Below, one piece after another: positions 36,201 to 49,701 of a stretch of 63,771 nucleotides of DNA. The DNA is from Rhynchobatus australiae (taxonomy: Eukaryota). Under the pieces are notes generated by a model. That model did no database searches. It was not told the origin of the DNA and saw only the letters and a list, made by a program, of their open reading frames with translations. Position 1 is the first letter of the stretch; the number at the start of each line of letters is the position of its first letter. Both the position numbers and the translations under genes were made by a program. Location: NCBI GenBank assembly GCA_034780895.1, contig JAUZTB010000063.1, forward strand, positions 26,783,628-26,847,398, written 5' to 3'.

Positions 36201-37459
36201 TTCTTTTGCATTCTTTGGCCCCATTACATTTTCTGGTTTGTTGGTATTTAAACATTTTTTCCTATTCAGGGAAGCTTTCTGTCAGGAAGTTCATTCAGCA
36301 GGCTATTTCTTGTTGACCTGCTTCAGATCCAGACCAAATAACTTTGCAAATATANNNNNNNNNNNNNNNNNNNNNNNNNNNNNNNNNNNNNNNNNNNNNN
36401 NNNNNNNNNNNNNNNNNNNNNNNNNNNNNNNNNNNNNNNNNNNNNNNNNNNNNNGAAGATATGAACAGGTTGCATGAATGTGCTAAATCACGTCAGATTG
36501 AAAATAATATGAAAAATGTTTGTTAGGAATTGGTGGATAAAATGCCCAAAATAAAATAATTGAATTCAACTCAATAGTTTAATTTATTTGCTTCCTCCTC
36601 CCCCTTTTCTCTCTTAATTCACCTACATTTCTGGAATGGTAGCTTTCTTTCTCTACATAAAGTTTCAAATGTAATTATTAGAAATTTAGTATTTTAATAC
36701 ATCCTGGTGTTTGAAAAATCTCATGTCTTGTACTTTCACTAGTGTACATCAACAATTTCTTAACTGAACCGGGCTACTTTGAAAGATGTCAGTAGTAGAG
36801 AGCAAACTGTTTCACAATTTGGTCTAAGGAGCCAGATGCCCTAAATAAACAGTTGAATTGGTACCAATAATCTACTAGTACCAATTCTCTGCTTGAATTT
36901 TAACGTTTCTCCATCTGGTAGTATAACTGTTTCAAATCTGTTATAAGCAAGTGCAAGTAGGACTTGAGTTTATGGCTCATTTCTTTTGGTTTGCCAGTCT
37001 TATGCGTTCTCTCTGAGTTGACAACAGGAAACTTGGTGGTCATCCTGGGATAGGAATGCAAGCAACAGATTTGAATAAAACAGAATCTCAAGAGGAGGTA
37101 AGTTTAAAATTTAAGCAGAGAGACAGCAAGTTTAAAGTTGCTGGATATGATGAGGCCAAATTGAAAGCTAATTAATAGGCTCATTATTTTTCTTTCAAGT
37201 ATTCTCCCTTTGGTATGGTAGAAGAACCATATTGTTTAAATTACACATCACCTACTTTATTATTCCCACTTGCTGGTGCAATGACACAAAAAGTTCACCT
37301 ACATGCGGGGAAGTGGGTTGGGTTTGAGAATACTGGTTAAAGTCTTCAAAGTGGAATATTCAAGCCATGTACTTAGTAAGAATAGTGCAGTTTTCACATA
37401 ACTATAACATAGAGATAATGAATAAACCATTTTCACCAAGTCTTCAAAGAAAATATTCA

Positions 37460-37810
37460 TTGGCAGGATCTGGACAGTGCTGACAGGGCTGGAATTTTGT
37501 TGTTAATCTCTTTTCGACGTTCATCCATTTTCAGAGAGCAATTAAGTTTCAGTCACATCGTTAGGTATGGAATCATGTAGGCTGGACTAAGGAAGGCTGG
37601 CAGATTTGCTTCCTCAAAGGACATTAGTAAACCAGATTGTTTTTGCAACAATTTCATGATCACCTTTACTGAAGACTTTTAATCCAGATTGATTTAACTG
37701 AATTTAAGCCTCAGCATCCATGGTAGAATTTTAACTTGCTACACTGGATCAATTGCTTTGACCTCTGGATGTTAATCCTGTAATTTAACCACAATGCTAC
37801 TGTACCTCCA
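37460..37810 (-). mobile_element. Old tRNA-derived SINE; second copy near 46740-46950
   Basis: tRNA-like head near 37800. Core ggcagatttgcttcctcaaaggacattagtaaaccagat is shared with the 46.8 kb copy. Confidence 0.55.
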
Positions 37811-39714
37811 AAATATTTTTTTTACAGTAGAATCCTAATACGTATTGGTTAAGAAAATAATAGGATCAGGAATAGACCATACAGCACCTCTACTTGCTCC
37901 ACCATTCAATAAAGTCATGACTGATCCTGTGCCTGCTTAATTTTCTCACATAATTTCTGTCTCCTTTGATTGCTTTGTGATGAGAAATCTTTTGATCTCT
38001 GCCTCAAATACAATAAATATGCATCCACAATCCTCTGAGGTAAAAAAGACAAATAATATACAATTTGAGTAAAGATTTTTCTGCTCATCTTAATCCAAAG
38101 TGCCAGCCTCTCTACTATTAAATCCGTGTTAGAGGAAGTAGTCTCTTCGCATGCACTCTGTCAAGCAATCTCAGAATTTTGTGTGTCTCAATGAGATGAA
38201 CACTTTTGCTTCCTGTCTCCAGTGAATATAGGCTGATTTTGCTCATTCTTTATTCATTGGATAACCCCCTCCTCACAGGACTAATGGGAATGAATCCACA
38301 CTGCACTGACTTTTCAGGACAAAGAATCTTTGAAATGTATGGCACAGAAAGAGGCTATTTGGCGCACTATGTCCATGTGAGCCAAAAGTAAACTCAAGGT
38401 TAATTCCACTCACTGGCTCTCCAGATTCGGGGGAATTTAATGCTCTTTGGGAAAACAGATGCAATTGTGCAGGTTGTAACTCACAAAATTCCAGAAAATC
38501 TCAGCAACTCCTTTTCATTCTCCAACTTCCCACAGTACAATTTGTCTTCCTAATTGCATGCTAGTTTTGCAAGTTTACTTCCTGCATCTTCTGAAACTGC
38601 ACACCCAGATCCCCCTGTACACAAACATTTTAAACAGTGAGAAACTCCCAGTAAAAGTATTGCCTTTATAGCTTTACACCTAATGTCCTTCCTCCTATTT
38701 TCCCACATGACCAGCCTTCCATCTGATACTTTGCCCACTTGCCTAACCTGAATGTATTCCAATTACAGACACCTTCACGCATTCCTGTCTAGTGTTGTAT
38801 CATCAGCAGACTTGGATAGTTTGTTTCATTTTGGCTATTTATATCGCTGAGGGCACAGTCCTGATCTCTGTGACATCCCGGCTAGCAATCTGTCGACCTG
38901 TATAGGACCCATAAGCTATTATTGTTTCTCATCCTCCAGATAATCTTATTGAAAAAATGATTATCTAGAGAGGATTGACAAGGTAGCTGTTTGGAGGGTG
39001 TCATCCCCATGGGGAAATCTAGAAACTTCAGAATAAGAGAAAATTTAAATTGAAGAAAAAAAAATTGCCTCTGCTGTGAATCTTTAGAATAATTTACCCC
39101 AGAGAGCTCTTGTAGCTGGGCCATTGAATTTATTTACTGCCAAGACGAATAGATTTTTGGAACATGAGGAAAATCAAGTGCTATGGCGAGCAGGCAGGAA
39201 AATGGAGTTGAAACCAAAGTCAGATCTCCCATGGACTTACTGAAAGGCAGAGAAGGTTTGAAGGGCAAACTGGTCTGCTCCTGATCTCATTCCTCATCTT
39301 CAGTCCCCTATCTGTGCTAAAATGTTACTTGCAACCTCATGAGATCTTACTTAATGGAAACAACCTTTTGAGTGAGACCTTATCAATTGCCTTTTAAAAA
39401 TTAGTATCTGCTATGTTCCTTCACTGGTATTTTCCTGATAACTTGTCTGTAATTTACTATTTTTTTCTTCTCTTACTGAATAGTCTTGTTACATGTTTCT
39501 ACTCTCTGAAGCTCAGCAACATTTAGTGTTCTCTGTGGGGAAGATAAACACAATATCTGCCTGATGTCTGAGCCATTCGTTTCCCCATTATAATTTCTCC
39601 TGTCATTGTCTCTATTGGACCTGCACTTACTTTATCTATTAAATTTTTATAATTCTCTAACATTTTTAATTTCTTGCTGTTTTAGCCTTATTTATCTTAT
39701 CCAGCTGTCATTCT

Positions 39715-40197
39715 TGGTTCAGAAACAGAAAATGTTAAAGCAATCAGCAGAACAGACAGTATCAGTACGGCAAGAAGCAGAGTCAACATTTCAGGTCAAG
39801 GACCCTTCATCAGAACTTGAAAAGTCAAGTGAGTTTTAAGTTTCAGAGCAAGGGAAGGATGGAAAGAACAAAGGGAATGTCTGTGATAGAGTGCAGACTG
39901 AGGTTGGCTAGGTAACAATTACTTCAAACAAACAAGTTGGAGACAGAAAAGAGAAAGGAACAAATTGAAACAGAAAGGTACACCCATATCTCTGGAGAGA
40001 CAGACATTAAAAATAAAAGTAACTTCTCCATCACAAACATTCTCTCTGTTCCCTCCAGCCCTCTGCAACTGAACACATTTATCTTCTCAGTTCTCCGGTT
40101 TTGACTTCCTTTCTTTCCCATGAGGCTGTTTGACCTGCTGAATGCCTGCAGTGTTTTCTGTTTTGTGGAGGATTCCAGCATCTGCATTTTGCTTCAA
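39715..40197. mobile_element. Non-autonomous Penelope-like element with inverted ends
   Basis: Minus terminal copy 39715-39820 and plus terminal copy 40100-40197 (tttgacctgctgaatg...attccagcatctgca). Internal inverted similarity (39865-39890 versus 40030-40055). Confidence 0.65.
39781..39817 (-). ncRNA. Minimal type I hammerhead ribozyme motif (Penelope-associated), best-preserved core in the window
   Basis: Minus strand agtt-CTGATGA-a-gggtc(ctt)gacct-GAAA-tg-TT-gact. Catalytic boxes intact, 5-bp stem II, stem I agtt/gact. Stem III palindrome decayed from AACGTT to AATGTT. Confidence 0.6.
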
Positions 40198-40294
40198 ATA
40201 TAATTTTTTGTTGATGCTTCCTGAAACACAATCCTTGCCAGTTTTCCTGACATTATAAGTGTCCTGTTTAATCATAAAACTAATCTAGAGCATT

Positions 40295-40690
40295 TCAGTT
40301 AATAGGAGAGACTGAATAGGATGGATTTGTTTTCCCTGCAGCAAAGGAGGCTGAGAGGTGACTTAATGGAGGTATGTAAATTATGAGGGGTATAAATAGG
40401 GTAAATAATAAAAATCTTTTTCCCATGGTGGAAGTGTATAAGACAAGAGGGCATAGGTTCAGAGAGGATCTGAGGGGGAGTTTTTTTTTCCACACAGAAC
40501 ATGATTGGAGTTTGGAATGTGCTGCCTGAAGAAGTGGTGGAGGCAAATATGCTCATGACAAAGCATCTAGAGAAGTTCTTGAATTGACAAGGAATAGAAG
40601 ACTATGGATGTAATGCAGGTTAATGGGACAGGTACAACGACATGGTTGGGCAAATGGCCCTTTTCAATGCTGTATGTTTATTTGATTCTA
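40295..40690 (+). mobile_element. CR1 LINE 3' end
   Basis: RLNRMDLFSLQQRRLRGDLMEVCKL...FFHTEHDWSLEC, the decayed CR1 C-terminus and 3' UTR. Confidence 0.8.
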
Positions 40691-42029
40691 TGACCCTAAA
40701 CACACAGAGCACTTTTTATAGATAAGGTAAGATTTCCTTATTAGTCTCATGTACATTGGAACACACAGTGAAATGCATCTTTTGCGTAGAGTGTTCTGGG
40801 GGCAGCCGGTAAGTGTCGCCACGCTTGAAAATTGGTTATTTCCAAAGTGGAATATAATTGCAATGATTTCCAGGCGGAATATTACCACTGAAAATTCAGC
40901 TAGGTGCTACTTGTCATGATTTGCAGCTACACCGATGATGCAATTTTTGTTGAAGCTGTACTCATCCAGGGCAAGTGGAGAGTATTCCATCACACTCCCA
41001 ACTTGAGCCATGTAGGTGGCAGAGACCCTTTGAGGAATTAGGAGGTGAGATACATATAATTATTAATTGCACAACAGAATTCAAACAAATTGAACCAAAA
41101 TGAGGAATGTGTGAAATTTGAGTTGAAATTTGGATACCTTGTGTGATGTTGGAGGATTAAAAATGCCACCTGATGAGCACTCTTTTTTCTGTTATGATCA
41201 TACCTGGTGTTATGTCAGGAAGTCCTTTACACCTGTGCAGTTAGCACACACAGAGAATGCACAAAGCATCCACATCAGGATGGATGTTAGTCAGTGTGAA
41301 ATGTGGATTTGATGCCAGTGCAGATCTTCTGGGCAACAATGTTCCTGGCCATATCTTAATAACTTGCCACCTTTGAATACATGTTGGCAGCTGGAAGAAC
41401 CCTATTAATACTACTGTAAAGAGGAATCATCAACCACTTGTAAGTTAACTGCTAAATCATTTTTCTGGCATTTCTTATTCTACAAGAGGCCCTTTCCAGT
41501 GATGTTGCTAGTTGCAGAAATCTACAGGTAGCAGTGCCATAGGTGCTGCCTGGTTTAGTCCTCAACTTGTGGTTTGTGCACGTTGGTGGCCGTCAGCTTG
41601 GAAGTTTTGGTTGGCTTTGCGTAATTGGGACAATGAAAGAGAACATGTAGTGTGAATTCAGCTGCTGAAGTGGGAGTAGAGGAAAGAAGAATTTTTAGCA
41701 CAGGGTGTTCAGGGACCAATTCTTTAACCTCAGCAAGAAATAAAGAAACAGACTATACTTCAATAAGCACATCCTCACTAAAAACTGCCACCTTAAACTG
41801 GCACAGCTTCAACTTTGGCAGGGCAAGAACCCATTAGGCAATGGCTGTTATATATGCATTTGGCTCCTTCCATTTGGAAGCTGAACGTATCTGCAACACC
41901 CCTCACTGTGGGTAAAGAAGGTTACTGACTTTCAATTTGAGACAGCAATCACCTTTATTTGTTTACACTTCCCATGAGCCAGAGCTATGAACTGTACACA
42001 TTGCTTTTTGATGTTGCATGCCAGTACTG

Positions 42030-42905
42030 ACAGAATCAGAATCAGGTTTATTATCACTGACTTACATGTCATGAAATTTGTTTTGTGGCAGCAGTGCACT
42101 GTAAAGACATAAAATTACTATAAATTACAAAATAAATAAATAGTGCAAAAAAAAGAATAACAAAGTAGTGTTCATGGACAGTCCAGAAATCTGATGGTGG
42201 AGGGGAAGAAGCAGTTCCTAAGTCGTTTAGTGTGGGTTTTCAGGCTCCTCTATCTCCTGCCCTATGGTAGTAACAAGAAGAGGACATGTCCCAGATTGTG
42301 AAGGTCTTTACTGACGGATATTGCCTTCTTGAGGCACTGCCTCTTGAAGATGTCCTCGATGGTAGGGAGAGTTGTGCCTGTGATGGAGCTGGCTGAGTCG
42401 ACAACCCTCTGCAGCCTCTTGTGATCCTGTCCATTGGAGNNNNNNNNNNNNNNNNNNNNNNNNNNNNNNNNNNNNNNNNNNNNNNNNNNNNNNNNNNNNN
42501 NNNNNNNNNNNNNNNNNNNNNNNNNNNNNNNNNNNNNNNNNNNNNNNNNNNNNNNNNNNNNNNNNNNNNNNNNNNNNNNNNNNNNNNNNNNNNNNNNNNN
42601 NNNNNNNNNNNNNNNNNNNNNNNNNNNNNNNNNNNNNNNNNNNNNNNNNNNNNNNNNNNNNNNNNNNNNNNNNNNNNNNNNNNNNNNNNNNNNNNNNNNN
42701 NNNNNNNNNNNNNNNNNNNNNNNNNNNNNNNNNNNNNNNNNNNNNNNNNNNNNNNNNNNNNNACAACACCACTTAACCAGCTGACCTATCTCACTCCTGT
42801 ATGCCTCCTCATCACCATCTGAGGTTCCACTGACAATGGTGGTGTCATCGGCAAATTTATAGATGACATTTGAACTGTGCTTAGCCACACAGTCATGAGT
42901 TCAGA
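42030..42905 (-). mobile_element. Rex1/Babar-type LINE, 5'-truncated
   Basis: ORF 42262-42888 gives IYKFADDTTIV and QDHKRLQRVVDSASSITG. (gattct)n tail near 42032-42045. Confidence 0.85.
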
Positions 42906-43924
42906 GAGAGTATTGGATTGAAAATGATTCTATCCCTTGAACACCCACTAAATGTTGTTTCAACATTAATAGCAGGTTTCTGTACCTTTACAGCTATGTT
43001 CAAATTCAGCCTCTATTAACATGAAGTATCAAAAGAACCAATCTGCAGCTAAATTTTTCCTGCTGCCTTCCAATATTTTCACCTTCCAGGAAGATAGTTT
43101 CATCTTCATGAAGGACATTACTTATTAGATTGTCCGTTTTATTACAGTTGATCAGTTTCAAGATCATCTGTATGAGTATGTATGATTACTTCTCAAATAG
43201 TTCCACAGTTTTTGTTAACTGAGGTGTTCTGTAAACTCTAATCTTAATTTTGATTTACCTTCTAATATAGTAGGTATATGCTGTAATTTGTTGTGTGTTT
43301 CCCCCAATTTTTATGTACTTGCTAAAGTATCAAAGACCTCAAATCCACTATGACTTGTCTAGGGGTAAAGTAGAAATTTTGTACTAGTAGAATTGTTATC
43401 AATTTCTTAATGGAAGTTGTTTACCATTGGTGAATCATCTCTGTGGTGCATTTCAAAGACATGGATATTTGTCAGCTCTGAATTTGGCCTGCTCTTTGAT
43501 TAACCTCCTGGTTTTATGGAATAGGACATCAGATTCCATTTTTTGGTACCTTCTGACAGTCTTAATCATCACCATACTTCAGCTGCATTAACTTCCCTGC
43601 AGCATGGCTGTGATGAATGAATACCATTAGTCACTGCAGCATCTGAGTAGTCTCTTGGCTTTTTGAGAGATAGAGATTGTATTATCACCTGTTAAGGTTT
43701 GGTTAACTCAGCAAGTTGATTAATTGCATTTTTAAACCAACTCAAAAGAGCAGGAAATATTTCTCAACTAAGTTTCTGTTAAATATTGCTAGCTTCAAAA
43801 TAATTGAAATTATTCAGGATTAAATTAAAAGCACCCAGGAGGAAATAGAATATTTAACAAAGAATGTTGGAAAGATGGAAATAAAATGTTTTTGATGTAA
43901 AAAAGAGCAGTCTACTTTTATAAA

Positions 43925-44110
43925 CATTCCCATTCCTTGGTCTGGAGAATAGCAGGAAGTTATCCTCAAGCCCTGGCCAATATTCCTCAACTGTTCTTGT
44001 GAAAACTGATGATGTGATTACTTATCTCATTGCAGGAAATGTACACATTTTTCCATTGTGTTCAGTGACAGAAGTTTAGGTTCACTTCATTTCAAGATAT
44101 ACTATAAGGT
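43925..44110 (+). mobile_element. DeuSINE-like remnant; opposite-strand piece near 44490-44545
   Basis: gaatagcaggaagttatcctc...ccctggccaatatt resembles the Deu domain of AmnSINE1/SacSINE1. Confidence 0.45.
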
Positions 44111-47049
44111 AAAAAGACAAATCACTTTGATGCACCACTTTGATGTCATTTTAAAGGCATTCTCAAATGAGGAAGCAATTCTGACAAGTAAGTGTGCATC
44201 ACTGTAAGAGTAAGCTATTGAACAAAATTTTACATTTGCATTTCTTTAATTGCATGGAAGCAGGGAGATCACCCTCTAAGAAAGCAAGGATGAAGGGATT
44301 GTACTCTGACCAATGAGACAGGAGAAGAGATGTTCAGGTGCTCGCAAAGATTTACTTTGTGACTTGATTTTATCATCAGCAAGGGAATGTTATTTATTAT
44401 GATTGTGTATGCAGGCAATGTGAACATATTGGGTGAATGGGCAGNNNNNNNNNNACTCATTTTGGATTCAAAAAATTCAAACTAAAGTAGTCCGGCCAGG
44501 ACATGAAGAGAACTCCCCTACTCTTCTTCAAACCATGTAGCAAGAATGCACAGGGCTTCAGCAAGAATATTCTCTATGCAGTAAAGTCTGCTTTTGCTTG
44601 ACAAGAAAGGTGATGACAGCAGATCTGCAGGTAATGGGGATAGTATCTAAGGAGAGGTGACCATTAATACTATCAGTTAACATGGGGACCATGAGGAGAA
44701 GTCAGGTCAGCAGTTTAGTAGGCACGGAATTGAGATATCAGGATGTGGGTCTTATGAACAAAGTGCTGTTTAGATAGAACATGCAAGCAAGTTGGAGAAA
44801 CAAGAGGAAACGTGTGTTTGTGGTCAGGTGGAAGGTTTCATTAGAAGATTGGCTCAGTGGTTAAAGAAAGAAAGAGGCAGCAGATCTGATGATTTTCGTC
44901 TTAGCAAAAAGCATTCCTTGAGCCCTTTTCACTTGCTATCCATGAAAAGCACAAAAGGAAGGGGAGAAGTGTTTAAGGAGACAAGTTGCTGTAAAAAAAA
45001 AATAGGGGTTATCCTGACATTCCATGACTTTTGTAGAACAGTGAGAAATTTTGGCAGATTTGAGCAGGAACTAACGATGTTTTATGTTCTACTTAAAATT
45101 CTGTTGCTGTTAATTTATTCCAAGAATCCTGAAAATATAAGTGCCATTTGTATAAGGGAGGAAGGAGAAATGGTAAGTGATTTTTACAAAATCATTTTTA
45201 TTTACCATCATAAATCATTTCCTAGGGATATGCATCTCCTTACAAAGAATACAGAACATCTCCAGGCCCTTAGAGAGATGAAAGATTATTAGAAATGGCT
45301 CTTTATTTCTAGTGTTTAAATAACCATCAAACAATAAGAAAGCTTTTCATCAAAGACTGAACATACAACAGTAACATTTTTGAAAGTTGAATGTTTTCCT
45401 GAGCAATGATGAATTCCATCATCTTGTATTCTGTTATTTTCTATCACTCTTCTTGATAATACATTTCATTCAAACTTTTATCAACGTTAGCAGAATAAGT
45501 TCTATGTTCCTGAGCATGGATATCCAACTTTCATTGTTAGCAACATAAAACACGACAGAACGAGGAAAGTAGGCAATAGGACTGCTTTGCAGTGCTTAGC
45601 TAACCTTGACAGTACCAATTAATAAGGGTGTATGTTTGATTAAATTTTCTTTAATATTTCCTTTTGAATTTACAAACCACACCAGCAGGTTATTCCAGGG
45701 GTTCATTTGCATATTTTAGGGCTTGAATCTTATTTTGTTTATGAAAATAGTACTCATTCCACACTTTGTCAAGTTATCAGTTTTACTTTTGGGAACAATT
45801 ATTGTCACACTGAATGAGATTCTGATGCTATGGTAGGGGATCTGCAGTAATTAAATAATGATATGAAGGAAGTGACTACTCAGAGTCTGCCCTCCCTGGA
45901 GTTTTGTCAAGAGCCTGGTGTATACTGAGACTGATTATTTTATATTGAATGACATTCATTCAAAAAGGAAAAATTGTGAGTTTGGAGTATTAAGAAGAAA
46001 ATATTACTCCCTTTGGATGAATATCTGAGCTTTATTAAACCAGAGTGAAAATTATTCATGGCCAAGTAAAGCATCATGAGTTAGAAGCTTGCTNNNNNNN
46101 NNNNNNNNNNNNNNNNNNNNNNNNNNNNNNNNNNNNNNNNNNNNNNNNNNNNNNNNNNNNNNNNNNNNNNNNNNNNNNNNNNNNNNNNNNNNNCACTTCA
46201 ATTAAGGATACTAAATCATTACACTAATTTTACATAACGCAGGCAGAATTTTTATTTACCAATGCTTCAGGTTCAGCTAGTTTTTTTTAAACTTCAAAAC
46301 CATTACAAAATACGGTCAGTGAGAAATTGGGACAATTTGCAATCATTAGAAATGAGTGCATGTATATGTGCTTCCAAAATACCTTTTGCATTAACACCTG
46401 TACTTTTGTGGGGAGAGTTTCACCACTGCCTTCCTGGCAGCAACATCAGCAATATTGTTTTATTTTACAAGTTTGTTGCAAATGTCAATGGAGATGATCT
46501 GATGGGTGGAAATGACTTTTTTTGCTAACTTTAGTGCTTCAGCTCAAACCAATTGCTGCCAAATATTGATACATTCAAAGGTGTTCCCCTTGGAATACAG
46601 CAGGACTGGGAGGCTGAGCAGAGCCCACACAGATCAGGCAAGCAACTGGAAAGGGCAGGAGAAAGAGGGGGAGAAGGAATTAGCAGGAACTTACATTTGC
46701 CCAGGATGTACAGAAAGTTATTCTGAACCTTAGTTAAGATGCCATTTCAAAGGACGTTTCCGAGTCAACACCATTGATACAGGTTTGCAGTCACATACTG
46801 ACCAGATCAGGTAAGGATGGCAGAGCTCCTGTCCTGAACAGCATTGATGGACAAGTCGTTTTTTTATAACTAATCAATAGTTTGGTGGTAATCATTTACT
46901 AAAGCCAGTTGTTTTGTTTTAATTCCTGATCAATAACTGAATTTATTTGTGGGTGAAGTGGTGGTGCAATGGTCAAGCTGCCATACAAATTCTGATGGAG
47001 CACAGTGAAACTGCACTGACATTGAAATGCTGGAATAACATTTCTGTTG

Positions 47050-48780
47050 TGAGGCTGCTGTGGAGGAATGCCAGTTAGAGTTTACCAAGATTTGTACTGT
47101 TTGCAGCATGCTTAACTGTGACCTCATTCTGAGGCCTTGCCACCAACGATGTGGGGTTCTGCAGATCAGGGGAATAAGCAGGAGAAGAAAGGTAGGGAGG
47201 GGGTGGCAGGCCACCCCCCCCCCTTACAGCTTGGGCTGCCTGTGAAGAACACAGGATTCCAGCAACAATGACCCTAATTCCCATTCAGCACCGCACCATG
47301 CCTCTACCACGAATCATCACACTATTCATGTAGTCACATTGCTAAAATAAAAGCCACCATCAAATCCAAGCCAAATTTGTAAATGAAGTCTAGCCATAAT
47401 GCAAACCAACATCAACAAGTTACTCTTGTGCATTCTATTAGAGTTTGTGTGCCCTTATCTAGCCCATGGTGGAAGCCTCCTGACTTTCAGTGCAGAGGGA
47501 TTAGGAAAGTGACCTTGAGTAGTTCTCTGCCACGATTGTCTATGACACTATCTCTGCATGGGCTGGGTGATAGGNNNNNNNNNNTCTTGAGAGAGATCAG
47601 CAGCTTCATGCTTGGTGGAGCCCCTGTCATTTCCTCTGGGAGGCACCTCAGCAATCCTCATGATCGCCTGGCAGGCAGCATACTTGACTGCTCTGACACC
47701 TTGCCAGCACACGTTGTAATCCACACCCACAACAGCTGACGTCAAACCTTACGCATCAGTAGGTTTATCTTGCATTTCAGGAATGTGATCTTCCACTGCT
47801 GGACTGAGGTGTTGGCAGGTGGTTTCTTGTACTGCAATGAAGACTTGTGGTCTTGGTTGGATTCACAAATTTGAAAACAGAATCAACCATCGCTTCCACG
47901 CTAAACACGATGCGTTCCGAGCACAAAGCAGCTNNNNNNNNNNNNNNNNNNNNNNNNNNNNNNNCAATGAAAGCAGGATGTCTGGCAAGCGTCCCAATGC
48001 GTTGAGTATTTCACTGAACACACCCTTCCGATGTTTTCTGTAGCCTTCCCCACCAAACCTCCCATATCAGAACCTGCAACTGAACCTGTGTGCAACTTTG
48101 CCCACTGCCAAGCTGATACCTGCTCTATATTTGCCCTCGCCCCCAGTTATAAGCAACCCAATGTTTTCCATGCAGATCCATACTCTGCTCTAACTTGCAT
48201 GCAAATCTGCCAGGGATGGTATATCCTTATCACCAATCTTGCCTGCTGTTGTTGTATGGGCTGGCAAGATTGCATTTCATATATACTTGGAGTGAACTAG
48301 GAAGCCATAAGAAACAGGAGAAAGTTACAGGTGCACCTTGCCATCATCTCCATCTTATAATTCAGGAGAGTGTAGTTTCAGAGGGAGAGATGAGATGGGG
48401 AAAGTGGATTAGTTATGATGGTACCACCATTGTCAATGGTTTCAGCTCCAGTGCTGACGTGGCCTCAGCATCAGATTTCTCCTGTTTTAGTGAGGTTGTG
48501 AGGGCACGACTGTTCCTATCTAATCAGTAGCTGTCCCTCTGCAGGGCACCACACTCTGGTCAAGATACCTGCAGGGTGTTGTAAGCAATGAAGGCTAACA
48601 ACACTACTGGGTATGGGACGGTGAATGTTAGAGATGAGTTGTGGAGATTGTTGGAAGGTGTGTGATGGGAAGAATGCCTGAGGCCAGTGGTGAAAATGGT
48701 AAGATATGGCATTGGAAGATGCTGTCACTGGCCTTGACCATCAGCAAGGTCATTGGACATTGCAACACTGAACCAGGATA
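47050..48780. mobile_element. Second decayed Harbinger element: transposase C-terminus on plus, probable convergent second gene on minus
   Basis: FTKICTVCSMLN (ORF 47060-47245) resembles the VVCCMLHN motif. Followed by AATAAA near 47346 and GC-richer decayed coding-like DNA. Confidence 0.4.
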
Positions 48781-48782
48781 AA

Positions 48783-49701
48783 CACACAAAATGCTGGAGG
48801 AACTCAGCTGGTCAGGCAGCATCTATGGAGGGAAATAAACAGTTGACATTCTGGGTCGAGACCCTTCATCAGGACAAGAAAGGAAGAAGGCAGAAGCCAG
48901 AATAAAAATGTAGGGGGAGGAGCACAAGCTGGTAGGTGATAGGTGAGTCCAGGTGAGGGGGTGGTAGGTGGGTGGGGACGGGGAATGAAAGGGAATGATG
49001 TGAGAAGCTGGGAGGTGACAGGTGGAAGAGGCAAAGGGCTGAAGAAGGAATCTGATAGCAGGGGACAGTAGTCCATAGAATAGAGGGAAGGAGGTGGGGA
49101 AAACAACTCCAGGTCACCAGTCCTCTCTGTTTTCCCTCCCCCTCTTTGTTTTCCCTCATTCCTGTGGCCCCCTCACCCCTTCACTTTCCCTTCCCCCACC
49201 CTCACGACCTCTCATTGCCTTCCTCTGGTTCCCCACCTCCTTCCCTCACCTGGATTCACCTATCACCCGGCAGCTTGCTCTCCTCTCCCTCCCCTCTTCC
49301 TTTCAAGTCCAGATAAGATTTCTTTATTAGTCCCATATACAGAGAAATGCATCTTTTGCATAGAGAGTTCTGGGGCAGCTCTCAAGTGTCGCCGTGCTTC
49401 CGCGCCAACATAGCATGGCCACAGCTCCTAACCTGTACGTGTTTGGAATGTGGGAGGAACCTGGAGCACCCAGAGGAAACCCATGCAGGCACAGGGACAA
49501 TGTACAAGCTCCTTCCAGATAGAGGCCAGAATTGAAACAGAGGTGCTGGCACTGTAATAGTGTTAAGCTAACCACTACACCACCATGCCACGAAATGTCA
49601 ACTGCTTATTTCCCTCCATTGATGCTGCCTGACCTGCTGAGTTCCTCCAGCATCTTGTGGGTGTTGCTCCAGATTCCGGCATCTGCAGAATCTCTTGTGT
49701 C
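48783..49701. mobile_element. Inverted pair of Penelope-like terminal repeats (minus 48783-49105, plus ~49110-49701), with a SINE inserted in the plus copy
   Basis: 48783-48845 is the reverse complement of ~49595-49665. G-rich tract mirrors C-rich tract. Hammerhead motif on minus at 48839-48876 (CTGATGA-a-gggtctcgaccc-AGAA-tgTC). Confidence 0.8.
49311..49590 (-). mobile_element. V-SINE with Rex-type tail; partial second copy at 40722-40826
   Basis: tRNA-like head tggcatggtggtgtagtggttagc, V core, and aataaagaaatcttatct tail on the minus strand. Confidence 0.8.

Noticed and set aside
44792-45292. 166-aa plus-strand ORF
   Set aside because: TTG start, no motif, no splice context; looks like chance or decayed repeat sequence.
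49500-49590. tRNA-like sequences (also ~9480, ~19060, ~37780)
   Set aside because: These are SINE heads with no complete cloverleaf, not tRNA genes.
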